From Psilocybe cubensis (Eukaryota): 64,000 nucleotides of DNA. The notes under the pieces were generated by a model. That model saw only the letters and a list, made by a program, of their open reading frames with translations. It searched no databases and was not told the origin of the DNA. The DNA is taken from contig CM038999.1 in assembly GCA_017499595.2 (NCBI GenBank), forward strand, positions 1,674,001-1,738,000. Direction: 5' to 3'. This document shows, one piece after another, positions 33,693 through 50,366 of this stretch; within the stretch, counting starts at the first letter, position 1; each line of letters starts with the position of its first letter. A program made the position numbers and the translations under genes.

Positions 33693-36600
33693 CTAATATC
33701 CAGAAGGTCGTGCACTGGTCTTTGATGTGTCGTACGCGCGAATGAGCTTTGCTTGATCCTGCTTACCCGAATTCTCCGTTTGACTAAAGGCGAAGCCTCG
33801 GTTTCGTCGCATCCGTTGAGTGGCGCGAACTTTCTTGATGGCCTTTTGGAATCTAGACATAGCATTTTGAGCCTGTAGGTATTGAGCAAGAAGAAATAAA
33901 AAAGACGGACTGCTCTTGTCTTGGTCTATAATCGGGAATGTTATATTTCTGAAGCTCCTGGACGATGTGATAAGACGACGGCATATAGGTTCGACGGTAA
34001 CTGGCGAGAAAGTCAACACCATCTTCGACTAATATAAGGGTGAGAGCTTACTATTTCCATGCAAAGTCGCGGACCAAACAGAAAAGTGGGATCAAGATAA
34101 GCACAAAGTAGAATATACTGTTTCCCCAAAGACGCGGTACAATGCCTTGGTATTCCGTGGAGAAACCGATGGCAGGAGCAACAACAGCATATAGAGGTAA
34201 AAAGAGCATCGTGACGACGAATGATCCGGGGATTGCTATCGAATAATATGAATTTTAGAGTATCTGGTTTTACGAGCATGCATACCTGCTACGGTATATT
34301 TTGTCCATATACTTTTTGTTGGGGTTAGTGAGAAAAGTGGGTCACCATGCAGGGTAAACATACTCACTCGGATATGAGAGCAGCCTTTCCCAGCACTGTG
34401 AGTAGCACAGCCAAGTAAAGAGTTGTTCCCCAGAACCAGTGTCCGGTATCCAAACCATTGACTAATTTAAGGTCGCCCCAGAAGAGAATGACGGAAAATC
34501 CAAAAAGTATCTTTGCGAAGGTTATTAAAGGAAAAATGGAGATATCGAGCAAGAGCGTACTAGAGAATGATAAAGCGCATTGCCAACCCAAAGCCAGAAC
34601 GCAGTTTTAGTGAAAAACTCGTTCTTCTGACCAAGGGTGTAAAGTTGAGGGTATCGGTCCAAAAATCGCGCCGAAACAAACTGATCGAATATCCCAATGA
34701 CAAGAGGCGGAAGAACAGTAAACACAACATTATAGAATGTAAGTGTCCACGATTCGTAGGCAATTTGTCCTGAGAAATTATTGAAGAAAGAATACTATAT
34801 ACATAAGTATATCAGAAATCGTGAATATAGATATGCTGGAGAGAGCATACCCAAAATTGAGTCATATAAAGCACAATGTTCTTGTAGAAAGAATCTAAGA
34901 ATGAAATGTTAAATCGTAATGAAGAGATTCATAGAAGGATACTTGCATAAAATAAGCTTGGAAAGCCGTCTGTAACTCCACGCTCCATGCACAAGCAAAA
35001 GCTTTTTCAGATATCGGAATTGGGAAATAGCTATATCAGCTGAACGGGCAGCTTGTAAACCCTGTCAAGTTCGGTTGGCTATGTATCTCATAAAAGGGAG
35101 TTGAAACAGTTGAAACACATACTTCGACTCCAGAAATACCGACACCAACATGAGCAGCTTGAATCATGCTAACATCGTTGGCTCCATCTCCAATAGCAAG
35201 AAGAATGGCTTTCTGGTTTTTCTTCACCAATTTGACAACCAAAGCTTTTTGCAATGGAGATACACGACCTAAGAATGTCGAGTAAATATTTTAAACTGAA
35301 AATAGGTGCGGTGAAAAGAGGTGCGGTAAACACATACAGCAAATTACAGCCTTGCACATGATGGCGAGCTCTAGGAAAGTTTTCGACAAATTCTTTTCCA
35401 GTGCGTAGCCCAAACTTTTTCCATCTAGAGGACATTTAAATCAGGCGAAACTTAAAACGATACATAAGTATCTACCAATGATGAGGGCAAGGTCTTCAAG
35501 TTCACCGCTGCTTCTTTGATTTTTGATGGCAGATAAACGCTTCGTTATAAAATCTTCGGTATCGTGGGCGTTTTCTTCATTGATTATAACCTAGTAATAA
35601 GGGTGATTGAATCACGAATTCTCGGACCAATGAAATAGATAAATACCAAATTCATGGATTCCGATATCAATCTGCATGACATTCCAATGTTGATAGCGGT
35701 TTCTTGTCTATCGCCAGTTAGGACCCACACCTATAGTCTTTTGATCAACAAGAGTATCATGTTAATCGAAATTATAGCCTGACTTTAATACCAGCCATCT
35801 GTAAGGTGTGGATAGTATCTGGTACACCATCTTGCAGTTTGTCTTCAATTGCAGTAGCACCCAAGAGAAACAAGTCTTTTTCGATCAGTTCAGCCGCTTC
35901 ATCCAAAGCATCTCCACGCCCATTAATTGTCGCCGCGGCTTGGTTATAAATAGATTCCCATTGGTGGTACTCTGCTTCCGAGATATCGCGATAGGCAATG
36001 CACAAAGTTCGAAGACCTTCGGTAGCATAATCCTGTTGACTTGTGTGAGATGGCAATGGATTGGAAAACAGCAAATACAGACCTCGAGATGAGATAAAGT
36101 GGCTTCAGTGTAAGGTTGATTTCGGCTCAGACGCTCCAGAATAACTGTGTCGGCGCCCTTCGTGTAAAGTTTGATCTTTCCGTTTGGACACCTCACGACC
36201 GTTGACATCCGCTTGCGTGTTGAGTTGAACTCGCAAACCTTTAATACTTCAAATTCTTGTGATTGACCTTGAATGTTTACGAAGACTGATTTAGGCTTGC
36301 GGGTCTGGATGAAAACGTTAGCCAAGTCCCTATGTATCTTAAGCATAATACTGACATGGAACTGATACCCTAATTGCTCGGCTCCAGCCACCAGCGCAGC
36401 CTCATCGGGACTGGATGCTTGATAAACCATCTTCCCATCTACGACTTCTGGAATGACAGTGTGACAAACAGCTAACAATGTAAGAAACTCTCGGATAATC
36501 TGTTGCTCTTGCTGCTGGGGGTTGCTGGGAGATAGTGGTTGATCGACGAACGGATTGTCGACGTCGTTCAAGCTTTCCCTCATTTCAGCAAATGTCCTCC

Positions 36601-38621
36601 ACCCTCCTCTACCATCCTCTGCTTCCCGCTTAGTTTCGTCCACAACGTCAGCATATGCATTGCCAGCTATACTGCAGCAGCGGAATTCCATCTCGTTGCA
36701 CGTCAAAGTTCCGGTTTTGTCGCTGAAGACGTATTCAATTTGTCCTAGTTCCTCAACTAATGAAGACGTGCGACAAAGAGCTGGGGTGTCCGTTCGGGAG
36801 TAATACATGTCTAAGTCAGAATTGATAAGCTGAGCTTGTTGATATTTTACAACTTCCATGGTGACAATTAAAGATATGGGGATGAGATTGTTGTATAGAA
36901 TGATGAATGTCAAAATATCTTGCAAAAGGCATTGTTAATAATGATAGGGGTTCAGAGTGAGTAAAGCGAACCTTCAATAAACCCTTTGGCTGAGATTTTG
37001 CTTTTTTAAAATTGTATAGGCTTTGAATTAAAAACTATAACACTCACCTCGACCCGAAAGAGAAGAAGTCTCGAATAGGTACCATTGCGAACTTGAGAAA
37101 AACCATGTTCTGATGCTACTGCCGACAGTCGAACCAAGCGAAAGGGCCAGCAAAAGTATGAAGAGAAAGACAATTTGAGCGTTCACCTGCCTCTCAACAG
37201 CAGTTCTCTTGACCGGTGCCGCACTAAGACATTGATCAAAAATGGCTACAGAGAAGAAATACTATATTCTTACGTTGCATTCCGCATTAACTTCGTCTCA
37301 TGGCCTGTGAAAACGGTAAGGCCATACACCCATGGCGTATTCCGTAGTTGTGCACCCCGCAACAAAACCTGATCTGGCCCTAGGGGTACCTGTTTTGGAA
37401 CACCACCATCCGATACAAGGTCCAAAGTCCCTTCATATGTGTACAGTGAGTTGTTAGGTTGTTCAGACCTCAGGGAGCCATGAAGACTATTGATAAGTTT
37501 GGGATTGGTAAGAGGCGCAGTCTGGGGAGAGGCTTGCTTAATTTTGAGGTTGGTTTCACTGTTCATATATATATATATATCAACAGATATTGCATTGAAA
37601 CGAAAAACATACCCATCAAGATTTGAAGTCTCAATATAACATAAACCCTCAGGTTCACTTGAAGTCATTAACAACAAGTCGGCTGGAATGAAATCGTTGT
37701 TTTCCACGCGAATAATGTCTCCTACTTGGATGTCTTTCCACTTCTTTTCAATAAAGGTGGACTGAGGTGTCAAAACCTTGGCTTTTCGGGAGTTAAGATC
37801 GTTGTCGGATTGGTGACGTTTCTATATTCCGACTTGAGCATGTTTCAGAGTCTTACAAGATTTAACGCACTAGGTCCTCCTGCAATTCTTTAAATGCTGA
37901 GGCTATCAGGACAACGGCCAGTGGAACTATTGTTGTATAGGGCTGTGTAGGTGATACGCCCGGAATTTGTTGGATAAAAGCGGTGAAGAGAAAGAATAAG
38001 TTAGCATATTTCGAAAATTGTTCTGTAAGAATGTTATTTATTGGCCAACGCCTGTATATGCAGATACTCTGACGACTTACCAAACAGAAACTTTGGGATA
38101 AAGGTTGCAACATTATATTTGCTTGTTGATACAAAGTTCGATCCAAATTCAGCGTTTGCAACGGAGTTATTCAATGCAACGACACGCTCCCCAGTCAAAA
38201 CCTTCTCTTTCTCCCAAGGCCATTTCCATTTCCGTGACCGAAATTTTGACTTAGAAGGGGCTTTTGCTGGAGTAGTATTAGGTGGTCCTGGAAAGCTAGT
38301 ATTATTTCCAGGTTGAAAGTCATCGTCGTCGAAATTCCACCCCTGCGGCAACCCGGATGAAGAACCTGACGGATTAACACCTGCTGGTGGCGCTGCTGAA
38401 CGTGCTAATGGTAAACCACTTTCTTGAGACTGCATTGGAGCCGGCCTGCCAAAAGCAGAATCCGGTATATTGTCATCTTCATCGTCAAAGAAAGGGTCCA
38501 GGAGTTGAGGCGAGCGATCGGAATACGGACCAGCCGTTCCAGGAGGGTAGCCGTTCGCAGGCTGGTATTGTCGTGCAGCTGGGTTGGCTTGTGAGACAAG
38601 TCGTAAGAAGTCGTCGCCCAT
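33693..38621 (-). CDS. DRS2: P4-type ATPase aminophospholipid flippase
   Basis: [36 protein letters not shown], phosphorylation site [50 protein letters not shown]-terminal GFAFSQ. Confidence 0.95.
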
Positions 38622-38840
38622 AGCGGCGAAGGCCTTTTGAGATCGTTGCCTGAACGAAGGATTGCAATGATGTTACAGCAGTATCGGCCAACGCAGTTGC
38701 TGAGTCGCAACCCCGTTATGTTAAGCATTAAGGGCTGTCACACAACAGTCCAAAATAACCTTAATTCCTTTTCCGGACACACGTTCGGCATAACTTCCCC
38801 TATCCCGAAACCGCGTCATTTAACGACAAGGACAAGGACG

Positions 38841-41800
38841 ATGCGCCTTAGAAAACGGGCTAAGTCTTCTTATAACGATCCCTCTCACAACTCAGAGAGT
38901 TCTTCGACTCAAACCGACTCACAATCTACCCTTGGCCGCATAGACTCTAAAGAGAGACTGAAGACAGAAGTAGAAGTTTTAAAGAAACGCAGTCACCGGG
39001 TTACTATTTCTGAAGTTCTTGAGTAAACCATGCTATTTCCTGATATGCCGATTTAGCCTTTCTTTGCGACGGGGAGGTTTCTTTTTCCTCTTGGAATAGT
39101 TCGTACGTGGAGCGTATCTGGTGGCATAAAACTTGTTAACCCAGCTTACTGTGTTTAGTCGGTACCCTCCTTGGGTTTGCTTTCGTCGAGCCCCAAGACC
39201 TACAAGACCTACAGGCCCAAGTTGTGACTCTCGTCAATCAGTATGATATCAATCTTCCCGAGTTCCCTGGTTTTGATATGTCGAGAGTGGAAGCAGAATG
39301 GACGCGACTTCGGACAAGCATTCCAGAAGTCTGGAAATTTAATAACGACGGTCGAGAATTCCAAGTAGGAGAAGCCATGAAAGCACGGGGTCTCAGCGCT
39401 GAGTATCCGCTGGTCCTCATACCTGGAATTGTTTCCACAGTGAGTGAAAGGCTTGTCAGTTAACATTTATCTTTCCATTTGACATACCTCAGGGACTCGA
39501 ATCATGGTCCACGGCTCCCGCTTATCGTCCTTTCTTTCGGGAAAAACTATGGGGAGGTTTTAACATGCTATCACAAGTCACATTTAATAAAGAGAAATGG
39601 ATAGCTGCCATGATGCTTGATCCTGTTACCGGCCTCGATCCACCGGATGCTAAAATACGTGCGGCGGAGGGCATTGATGCTGCAAGTTCTTTGATACAAG
39701 GATATTGGATTTGGCCAGTTTCTTTCCGTCTTTTAATATTAAAAACTCGTTCTAAAGGTCTTCAATAGGTCCAAAATTGTAGAAAACTTAGCTGTGATTA
39801 ACTATGACACCAATAACTTGTTTCTCGCTCCGTATGATTGGCGATTATCATATTACAATTTAGAAGAACGAGATGGATATTTTTCAAAGTTAAAAACCAC
39901 TATTGAAAGCTTAAGGTAGGCGTCCTTTGTTGATACTCATTTGTATTTCTCTCAAGCGTTTCAACCCAGACAACGACAACGAAAAAAGGTTGTAGTAGCT
40001 GCACACTCCATGGGTTGTTCAGTAAGCCGAACATCTTGTTTCATTTCTAATCCACTCAAACTGAAATAGGTGTTTCTGGTATGGACATTGATGCTTATTC
40101 TGTGAATATGCATCTCACTACACCTCCATACCAATAGTATTTGTGAGATCTTACACCATGTTTGACAACCTATGTTGAATCTCATGTTTTTAGCTCTAAG
40201 TGGGTAGAGTCACCTTTGCACGGGAATGGCGGTTCCGATTGGGTCGAGGTATTCCTCTCTTTTTTTCCTTTGAACCTCTTGAGGTGAAAATCTGAATTCC
40301 AATACCAGAAACATATTGAGAGCCACATAGCCATCGCCCCAACTCACTTGGTATGAACATGAACTCGCTCCCGTAGGATAATAATAATTGATGTTTATTC
40401 TTCCCTTATGTAGGGTGTGGTATGTAGTTCTCCGTACGTCATTCTGATCAAATCTAACGAGATGTAGGCTAAAGCGATGGCAGCCTTTCTCTCTGGAGAA
40501 ATGAAGGATACAGTCCAAATGCATCCAGCTGGTGCCTATGGTGAACAGAGTAGCAATTAGCATCAAGAAGTGATCTTGAATAATTTTCGTAGTTCTGGAA
40601 CGTTTCTTTTCACGGAAAGAGCGGCAAGCACTGTTCCGCAGCTGGGCAGGCAGCGCTAGTATGTGGATGAAAGTGAGTTATTCAATTCACTGAGCTTGAA
40701 CCTATATCTACGACCTTTGCAGGGAGGAAACGACGTTTGGGGAAACGATACTCATGCACCAGACGACGAGTGTGATGCAACTCACAGTCACGGACAGCTT
40801 ATAGCATTCCGGGCAAACGCGGTCGAAAGTAATGATAAAAGTATAAATATGACTGCTGTAGATGCATCCACTTGGATTTTGGAGCACACTCCAGCAACCT
40901 TCCAGGTGCATGTTCTGTAAGCGATCTCAAATTCGCATGTACTCAAATCCTCGTTTAACAGAAAATGCTCGAGTCTAATTACTCGTATGGAATAGAGAAG
41001 GATGAAGCCCAGTTAGCAAGAAACAACTTGGATCATACGAAATGGTCCAATCCTTTAGAAATCAGGTGCACAGGGGTGTTTAAACAAGCTTCCACTTTAC
41101 TCACTGTGTCATCCAGCTTGCCTTATGCGCCGTCTATGAAAATATACTGCGTGTATGGCCATGGAAAAGATACCGAGGTAGGTGGCACAACAATTAATTG
41201 ATGTCTTTTCCAATTCAGTTGAACTTTCAGAGATCATATTGGTATGCTCGAGGCCAATATGAGCAAGATGAGGCATTTCCAGATGCCGCTAATGCTCAAT
41301 GCGAGGAGGCCAACATCAATGAATGTGAACATAATCACCCACCTCTAGACATGCCTTTGTCAAGAACAAGCTGGATAGATGCTGCATACACGAACGAAAC
41401 CGCATTTCCTAAGGTATAGTATTGGCGTTATACCCTTATAGCCCAGAACTGTAGGTTGATTCTTACGATCTGGCAGGTTCGAAACGGGGTGAAAATGGGT
41501 GAAGGTGACGGTACTGTCAGTTTGATAAGTCTCGGCGCCATGTGTGTTGAGGGATGGAAACGCAAACGCTGGAACCCAGCAGGGATCAAGATCACTACCG
41601 TTGAAGTGCGCATCCTCCAACAGCCAACACTCAAATATGTGTTTAACTGCTGATTCGCGATATTTTGTATAGTTACCGCACCGTCCTGTTCCAACTATTC
41701 CCCGAGGAGGCGCAAATACCAGTGATCATGTCGACGTTCTTGGGTCCACGGGGCTTAATGAGATTATTCTGAAGGTAGCAGCGGGTGTTGGGGCTGAAAT

Positions 41801-41858
41801 CCAGGATACCTTTGTATCAAATATCCGAGAATACTCGCAAAAAATACAGTGGGACTAG
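38841..41858 (+). CDS. LRO1: Phospholipid:diacylglycerol acyltransferase (LCAT family)
   Basis: LVLIPGIVSTGLESW, FREKLWG, APYDWRLS, catalytic AAHSMG, WSNPLE, KIYCVYGHGK, GEGDGTVSL, SDHVDVLG, ends IQWD*. Confidence 0.93.
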
Positions 41859-41938
41859 TCTGAGTTCAAGTTGCTTATCAGAGCATACTTTTCTTGTAGA
41901 TGTCACAATAACATGTTGCTACATTACTATTCTACAGA

Positions 41939-42885
41939 CTATGACAGTTTGGGTGAGATGATGCCCCACTTCGCAACTATGTCTTGGGTATATTTTTGAT
42001 GGTAATCAATTGCATTAAGCAACTTTTGGTTCATTGCAACAGGTGTATGTAATCGCTGAAAATCTTTCACTATCATCGCTTCACGGTGTGATTTCCTGGT
42101 GAATAAAATGATCAAAATACTCTCAAAGAGCCAAAGCGAGCGACCCACCCTTTTCGTGGGAGTTGTTCACCGGTCTGCATAGTCGAGTACATAAAGTCTT
42201 TGAGTTTTAGAATCACACCTCGTTCGAAGTCCTCAGACTCTTTGTCTGTCAAACCAAATCGAAATGTAACAGGTGAGCCTCGTATCGATAGATACTCGTG
42301 ACACCGAACCCAATAGTCGACATTAGAGTCCATCAACCAAAGCCTTTCCAAGTCCTGTGAAAGGGGAATGAATAAAGAGAAAAATCTGTAGCCATGCTGT
42401 TTACTCACTTGTATACAACACTCCTTGATGACTTTAAGAAATATTCTCCTCCCATGTTTCTGTTCGTCGACAAATGACTTAAGGATTCGTTTGTCTTCGT
42501 CGTCTAGAAGGACAACATTTGCCTGCGAATTATCACTATAAAATGTGTTCATCTCAATTGCCAGGGAAGCCTTTTCAACCACCCTTCTCCGATAGAATTC
42601 AACCATAGTGAAAAGATGGAGAAAGTCAGACATAAGCTCTGGAAGGAATGCAGGGCGGAGAATATTGTTCAACGCATAGACAATGATATCCAGAGGAGGT
42701 GCGTGATCAGAGGGATATTCCTCTGTCGCAAGAACGGAATCCAAAATTTCTGAGGAGTACGCTATAAGAGAGCATTGAAACGAGATAAGCTGAAACTCAC
42801 TGATAACAGACTCTTGTGTGTCCTGACTGGGAGTCACCGGGGTTGATTCTTGAGCACGCAAGGCGAGTCGGTGTATCAAGTCCAT
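41939..42885 (-). CDS. Hypothetical protein (mostly helical, about 280 aa)
   Basis: ATG 42885 (MDLIHRLAL) in long ORF, in-frame intron near 42357-42410, terminal exon ending WGIISPKLS*; no recognisable motif. Confidence 0.55.
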
Positions 42886-42926
42886 GAGTAGGAGCAAGTG
42901 ACTCAGGGGCACGCTGAACAAGGAAA

Positions 42927-42956
42927 GTCACAAACGCGCATTGTCACAAACACGCA
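42927..42956 (+). repeat. 14-bp direct repeat GTCACAAAC[G/A]CGCA x2 in divergent promoter
   Basis: Copies at 42927-42940 and 42943-42956, one mismatch. Confidence 0.7.
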
Positions 42957-43417
42957 GTCTCTGAATGGAATGTGACAGGGATTGATAGGTGCATATCCCA
43001 AAGGTGAGCAAATCTACCAAGAACGTCGAATACTAACAGGTCGATGTTGGCAACAGCACGCAAACTAGATGAAGCATGCACGTCCGGTGTTCTACTGGTG
43101 TATTAGGATTCCTCGGCGTTCTGTGGGCCGCACCTTGGAGCCTGAGGCCGCGGAAGGGGGCAAACTGGACGGACAAGGACAAGGTTAAGACTGTGCGCTT
43201 ATTTTGACAGGAACTGTCCATGGTCAGATATAAGTTTCATGTTTAACTACGATTATCGGCGTCCGCGGCCGGTGCCTCTGGGAGAACACTGTCGATGGAA
43301 GGCGGATGTCCTCTTTCGGAAGTCGGCCTTCCTTTACGAGCCTTCGTTTTCAGTGTCTGCATATGATATAAAGTCATCATCGCCCAGTTTTGTCTCTCAT
43401 TCCTTTCCCTCTTCTCC

Positions 43418-45658
<2,241 letters not shown>

Positions 45659-46160
45659 CTTCTTCCGTGAATATCATTTTTCCCCATTGCACTTGACTAT
45701 CCTCTCTATCCCCTTCTTTATTCTGACGCTTCTTCTTTTTCAGTTAAGCTGTATCCATTCTTTCTCGCTTGACATGTATTTGTATTGTGATTCTTTCGGT
45801 CCTCATATCATGCTGCTTCAAGTTGTATTCTTATAGCTTTAGATCCACGGAATTTGCTTCCCTGAGCTCTCCACTGGAACGTACACGTCTTCACCCTTCT
45901 ATTATTAACCATTGTATCGACAACACTTTTTCCGACTCTTTATCTACTTTTGCCGTTAATTCATATTCCTTTGCGTGTTTCAAATTCGATACAGTATGAC
46001 AAAAAGTATATATTTGACAATATTACATGATAAATCGCAGATAACCATAATGATTGCGTGCAGAAGTCCTCTGTCGTAAAGTCGTTTCGAAATTCGTAAA
46101 TTGCTAGTCGTTAGATAGGGATACGTGGGTAGAGAGACCAAATGTAACATGTGAAGAGTG

Positions 46161-49124
46161 TCAAGGACGCTCTGTCCTTGGAAATATAATCGCGTTTGAA
46201 GTCTGAGTTGCAGAATGAATGGACGGTATACGTGAAAAGCGGATCCGAGAATAAGCGGGATTTGTGTGCTTCTGATGCCACGTTACATTGTCTTGAGACT
46301 CTCCAGCAGGCTCTCGCCTATGGATAGACGAACGAGGATTGTCAAAATTTACCTTCCGCTGTGCATAGCCAGAAACTCCGGGATTTGAGTTAAATGACGT
46401 TAGTACTGAGGACGAGCTCAAGGAATACCGAGCGTTTTTGCAATGTAATGGACTTTGAGGGTCTAAAGGAACTGGCATGGTTAAAGTGTTGCCAAAAGGG
46501 CGCGATGACGGTCCATTTTGCTTTCTAGCGGAAGGTGGGGGGTGGTTTCCTTCATTTGGATCAATGGGATATCTGATGGGAACATTAAACAGATATGGAT
46601 CGTCGTAAGTCAATGGCCGGGGAACGCCGTTTATGGGAGTTTGTAATTTGGAAGAAGGAAGATGAGAAGCGTCAGGCGACGATCTCGAAGCGCGATAAGG
46701 AGAAGGTGCAGGGGAGTTGATTAATAGGCGAGTCTCCGGATTGTGATTCTGATGCAACACTTTATAATTTTCATCGATTGATTGCTCGCCACGACCATTG
46801 CCTGTAGCTTCAAATTGAGCTTCCTTATTCACGGTTCTTGGCCAGTGAGATTGAAGCGGGTAAAGCACGCTTTGAGGAGGCTGATCGTCTAGATTACAGA
46901 GTTCATCTTTGAGCTCGGCGTCACCGAAAGTACGAAGTCGACGGGGAGACAATTGTCTTCGCTGTTGTAATGGTTCTTTTTCAGCATCGTCCCCGTCAGG
47001 ACTAGATTGAGAGATGCGGTAGTAGACATTACGCCACCACGAACGTTGACCACCCTGGTGTCGTACTCGGTTAATAATGGGATTCTGGATACTGTGTTTA
47101 TCCGCTGTGGCCGTCGTTAAAGATTGGGGAGAAAGTGAAAAGTAATAAAAAACGAACTGTCTTGGCATCGGAGCCTCTCCAGCTCACGGTCGATCTGTTC
47201 CTGAAGACTGTCACTCTTCTCCCGCTTCGGATGAAGCCCACGTCGATCAAAATCCTCTAGCATCAGCCACTGCCTTTCTCCCTCTACTTCAACCGCCTTA
47301 TCAACTTCAATCTGAACACTTGGCAAGGTCGCTGTATTCAATTTGGGACGATGCTCTAACTGCCGAGATACCGACTTCCCGTCACCAGGCAATGGCCTTT
47401 GCATTCCAAAGGCACCTGAGTAGTGCCCTTCCCGTTTGACTTTCAAATCGGTTATTGGTTCTCTTCCACGTAGCTTGTAGAACATGTAAACAATCCCAAT
47501 CCAAATTTCCCGAAAGGTTTCTCGGAAGTCCATTGCATGCGCGAGAGAGCGCCATGGGGGAGTTTTTTGGGGTGTTGCAAATTCATCAAAGACATCGAGA
47601 CGTGGATATTTGTATGGTTTGTAACTGAACGCCTTAATATGTAAGAAAGCAAAAAGCCTGTATTAACAGGTGAGTATGTGCTCGTGCAATTGGGAGTAAG
47701 CTCACATCATTTCAAATGTTTCCAGAACTGCAGCAATGCCGATGTTGACGTCATCTGCAGTCATATATTTTGTCTGCAACTACATCAGGTGTTGACACTG
47801 ATTTGGAGTAACCTAAGACTCACATTTTTAATAACTCCAAACATACTGAGAAGTGACAGAAATGTAGCCTGCCAGAAAGTGAGAAAAACTGTCCACTTTA
47901 TGTGCAAGTTGCTAAAATAAGTTTCAATACAGAAACTTACCAACAGCCTTCACGGAGAATAGTTTCAATAGAGGCTTGTGCTCCGCCAGTTCAGAGGAGA
48001 CAGTGACGTAGAGTTGAATCAAGCAGTACATGGCAATAGTTACTGATATTGACATGATGATAGTGATCTGTGTAGCATGACTTAGGTGTAAATGAAAAGT
48101 GGAGCTAAAGCTTACATATATATGACCCCATCCCAAACCCCAGGAACTTTCACAGTACAGACCCATGTAGTCAAGAATGACAGCAGCCAGAGTTGATCTG
48201 CTCTCACAGAACTATAGGTAAATATATATTAATCAGTTTGACAATTTTACTAACGTAGGTCGGATAACACAATATTGAAGTATTCCCCATTTCATCAATT
48301 GAAGGAAGTATAGACCATCCTGAATACAGCTTCAAGGTAAACAAAAGCTTGCCACTGCATGTTATGAGAATTCTAACCTTAGGTTTCCATCTAACGAATC
48401 CCAGAGGGAAAACCCACTTTGAAATGTGTTTTCCATTTCGTTGAGCAACGGCATCGGCCTCCAAGGACATCCCGCGCCTGATAAAGACGCGCTTTTGCTC
48501 TTCGACATCGTGATCCACATACATCAGTAATAGGTAGAAAAAAGCTGTTAAAACAATGGCCTCATAAGCATCTCGAATTAGTATGATTGGTGTTGCGTGG
48601 TTCTAGAACAGATGAGCTTAAGTCAAAACAGAGCGTCAGAGTCATACCCAAAATACGAATGATCCAAAGCTGATCAGGGCGTACAACGGAACCATAAAAA
48701 GTAAGCGGACAATATCTTTGTCATATCAGTAATAATGAATTATGTGTCTGTGAATAAAGCATACATCTTTGCTCCTTTCTCTGTATCATCAGAACACTTA
48801 GCAGCGTATTGCGGTAAACAGAGGATGAACGAACATTCATATACCATTGAACGTGCTGCTTTATAAGCCAGAAAGAAGTCATAATTGCTAGTAGCGCCAG
48901 GAGCCCAGAAATCATCCAACCAATCTAGGGCAGTATTATGAGCCTGTGTAATTAAAAACAGAGATCTTCCTCACATGGTAGGCTAAATCAATCCAAGTCA
49001 GCAACGGCAGTCATGGCACGGAAAACTTGACGCTACCTTGGATGACAATCTTTCCATTCTGGAGGAGTGGTGGTGCTGCAGGGGCTATGACTTTGTGACA
49101 AAACTCATCGGTTGTGTTGGACAT
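46161..49124 (-). CDS. Organic solute transporter Ostalpha / TMEM184 (DUF300) family protein with long disordered C-tail
   Basis: EQRYIVRLLFMVPLYALISF, IRDAYEAIVLTAFFYLLL, MKWGILQYCVIRP, MYCLIQLY, KPLLKLFSVKAVVFLTFWQ, FEMAFFAFLH. Confidence 0.87.
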
Positions 49125-50366
49125 GTCAAATTCTTTGGTCACTCAGGTAGTGAGGGAGTGTTGGATTGTGTTACAAAGGTGACCCAGCACTTCTTTGGCC
49201 TCGAAGAGAACCCATGCAGGGATTGGTTAGATTAAACCTTTCAAATGCGTTGGTGTAAGCTATGAGGCAAAGAAGGTCGCATTCACTGAGAATGATATTG
49301 ATAGTAAACAGGCAACATGGTGTCACACCACACTCTGAAGCAGGGGAGTGGAACAGTGGTAGCGTGCTGAGAGCGACATATTGGGTTATTTATTCCCACC
49401 ATCATTTGCATGCTACTGCTGTGCTGGATAGAGGAAAAACGCATATTTTCCAATATATTCAAATACCACGAATTCGTTGAACCTCAACGGTTTGTAGTCA
49501 TGTTACATGGCCGGATGCATTTGCCTTCATATTACGTTTTGGCCTCCAAAGACATTTTCTGGGTTCTCCACTAATGTTTTTACCAGTAACGGTCCGTTCA
49601 ATAATCATGTGCAGGTTGAACGGTACTACTCGGCTTAACCACACGCGATGCTTTTAGGTCTTCACAACTTCCAGAATTTTTCTCCGCCACCCTGCAATCT
49701 GTTAGCCTCATGGACATTGCCCTATATATACTACCCACCAATCAGTGTGAACAACTTTATCAGCAATTGCGAATTTGTAAGTGAAATTGTCTTCGCTTCC
49801 ACAAGTCTGACTATTTTTACGTCATTGACCTTGCATTCACCGTTGAGATGAACAGTTCTTTAATCTCTTTCGGACGAAAGAATGGCATCCTGGCAATCCA
49901 TTTTCATGTCATATGCATGCGGTTCTCAATTTGGGCAGGACGATTTTCTGCGGGCTCTATGGTGTAGCCGCTATGGGTATTCAAGACTGGCATTTTTGGT
50001 TGCCCGATGTTGATGACGATGGCATATTTCCCTATCGGTGTCATGAAAAGTATAACAGCTTTGATTTGTGGTGACGGTTTAATACGCCAGTATCTTCAAA
50101 AACTGGCTTTAAAAACTGGCATGGAGAAGTGGAACTAGCTCTCTCTCCCGACAGTCGTCAATAAACTTCGACATAATGAACAGAAAAGGAGCCCCTTTGC
50201 GGCACAATGGAGCATCCCATGTGACGGTCCTTCGAATCCTTATCGCGACAGCTTGAGAGTCGTCCAGCGTTACATTCAATTATTATTAGCGGCACCCCAC
50301 CACTTTTTTCTATATAACAGGAAGCGTTTGGGTTTCTGATCAACACAACCGAACTCTTCTCTCACT

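Noticed and set aside
37565-37580. (AT)n microsatellite
   Set aside because: Short, intronic in DRS2, unremarkable
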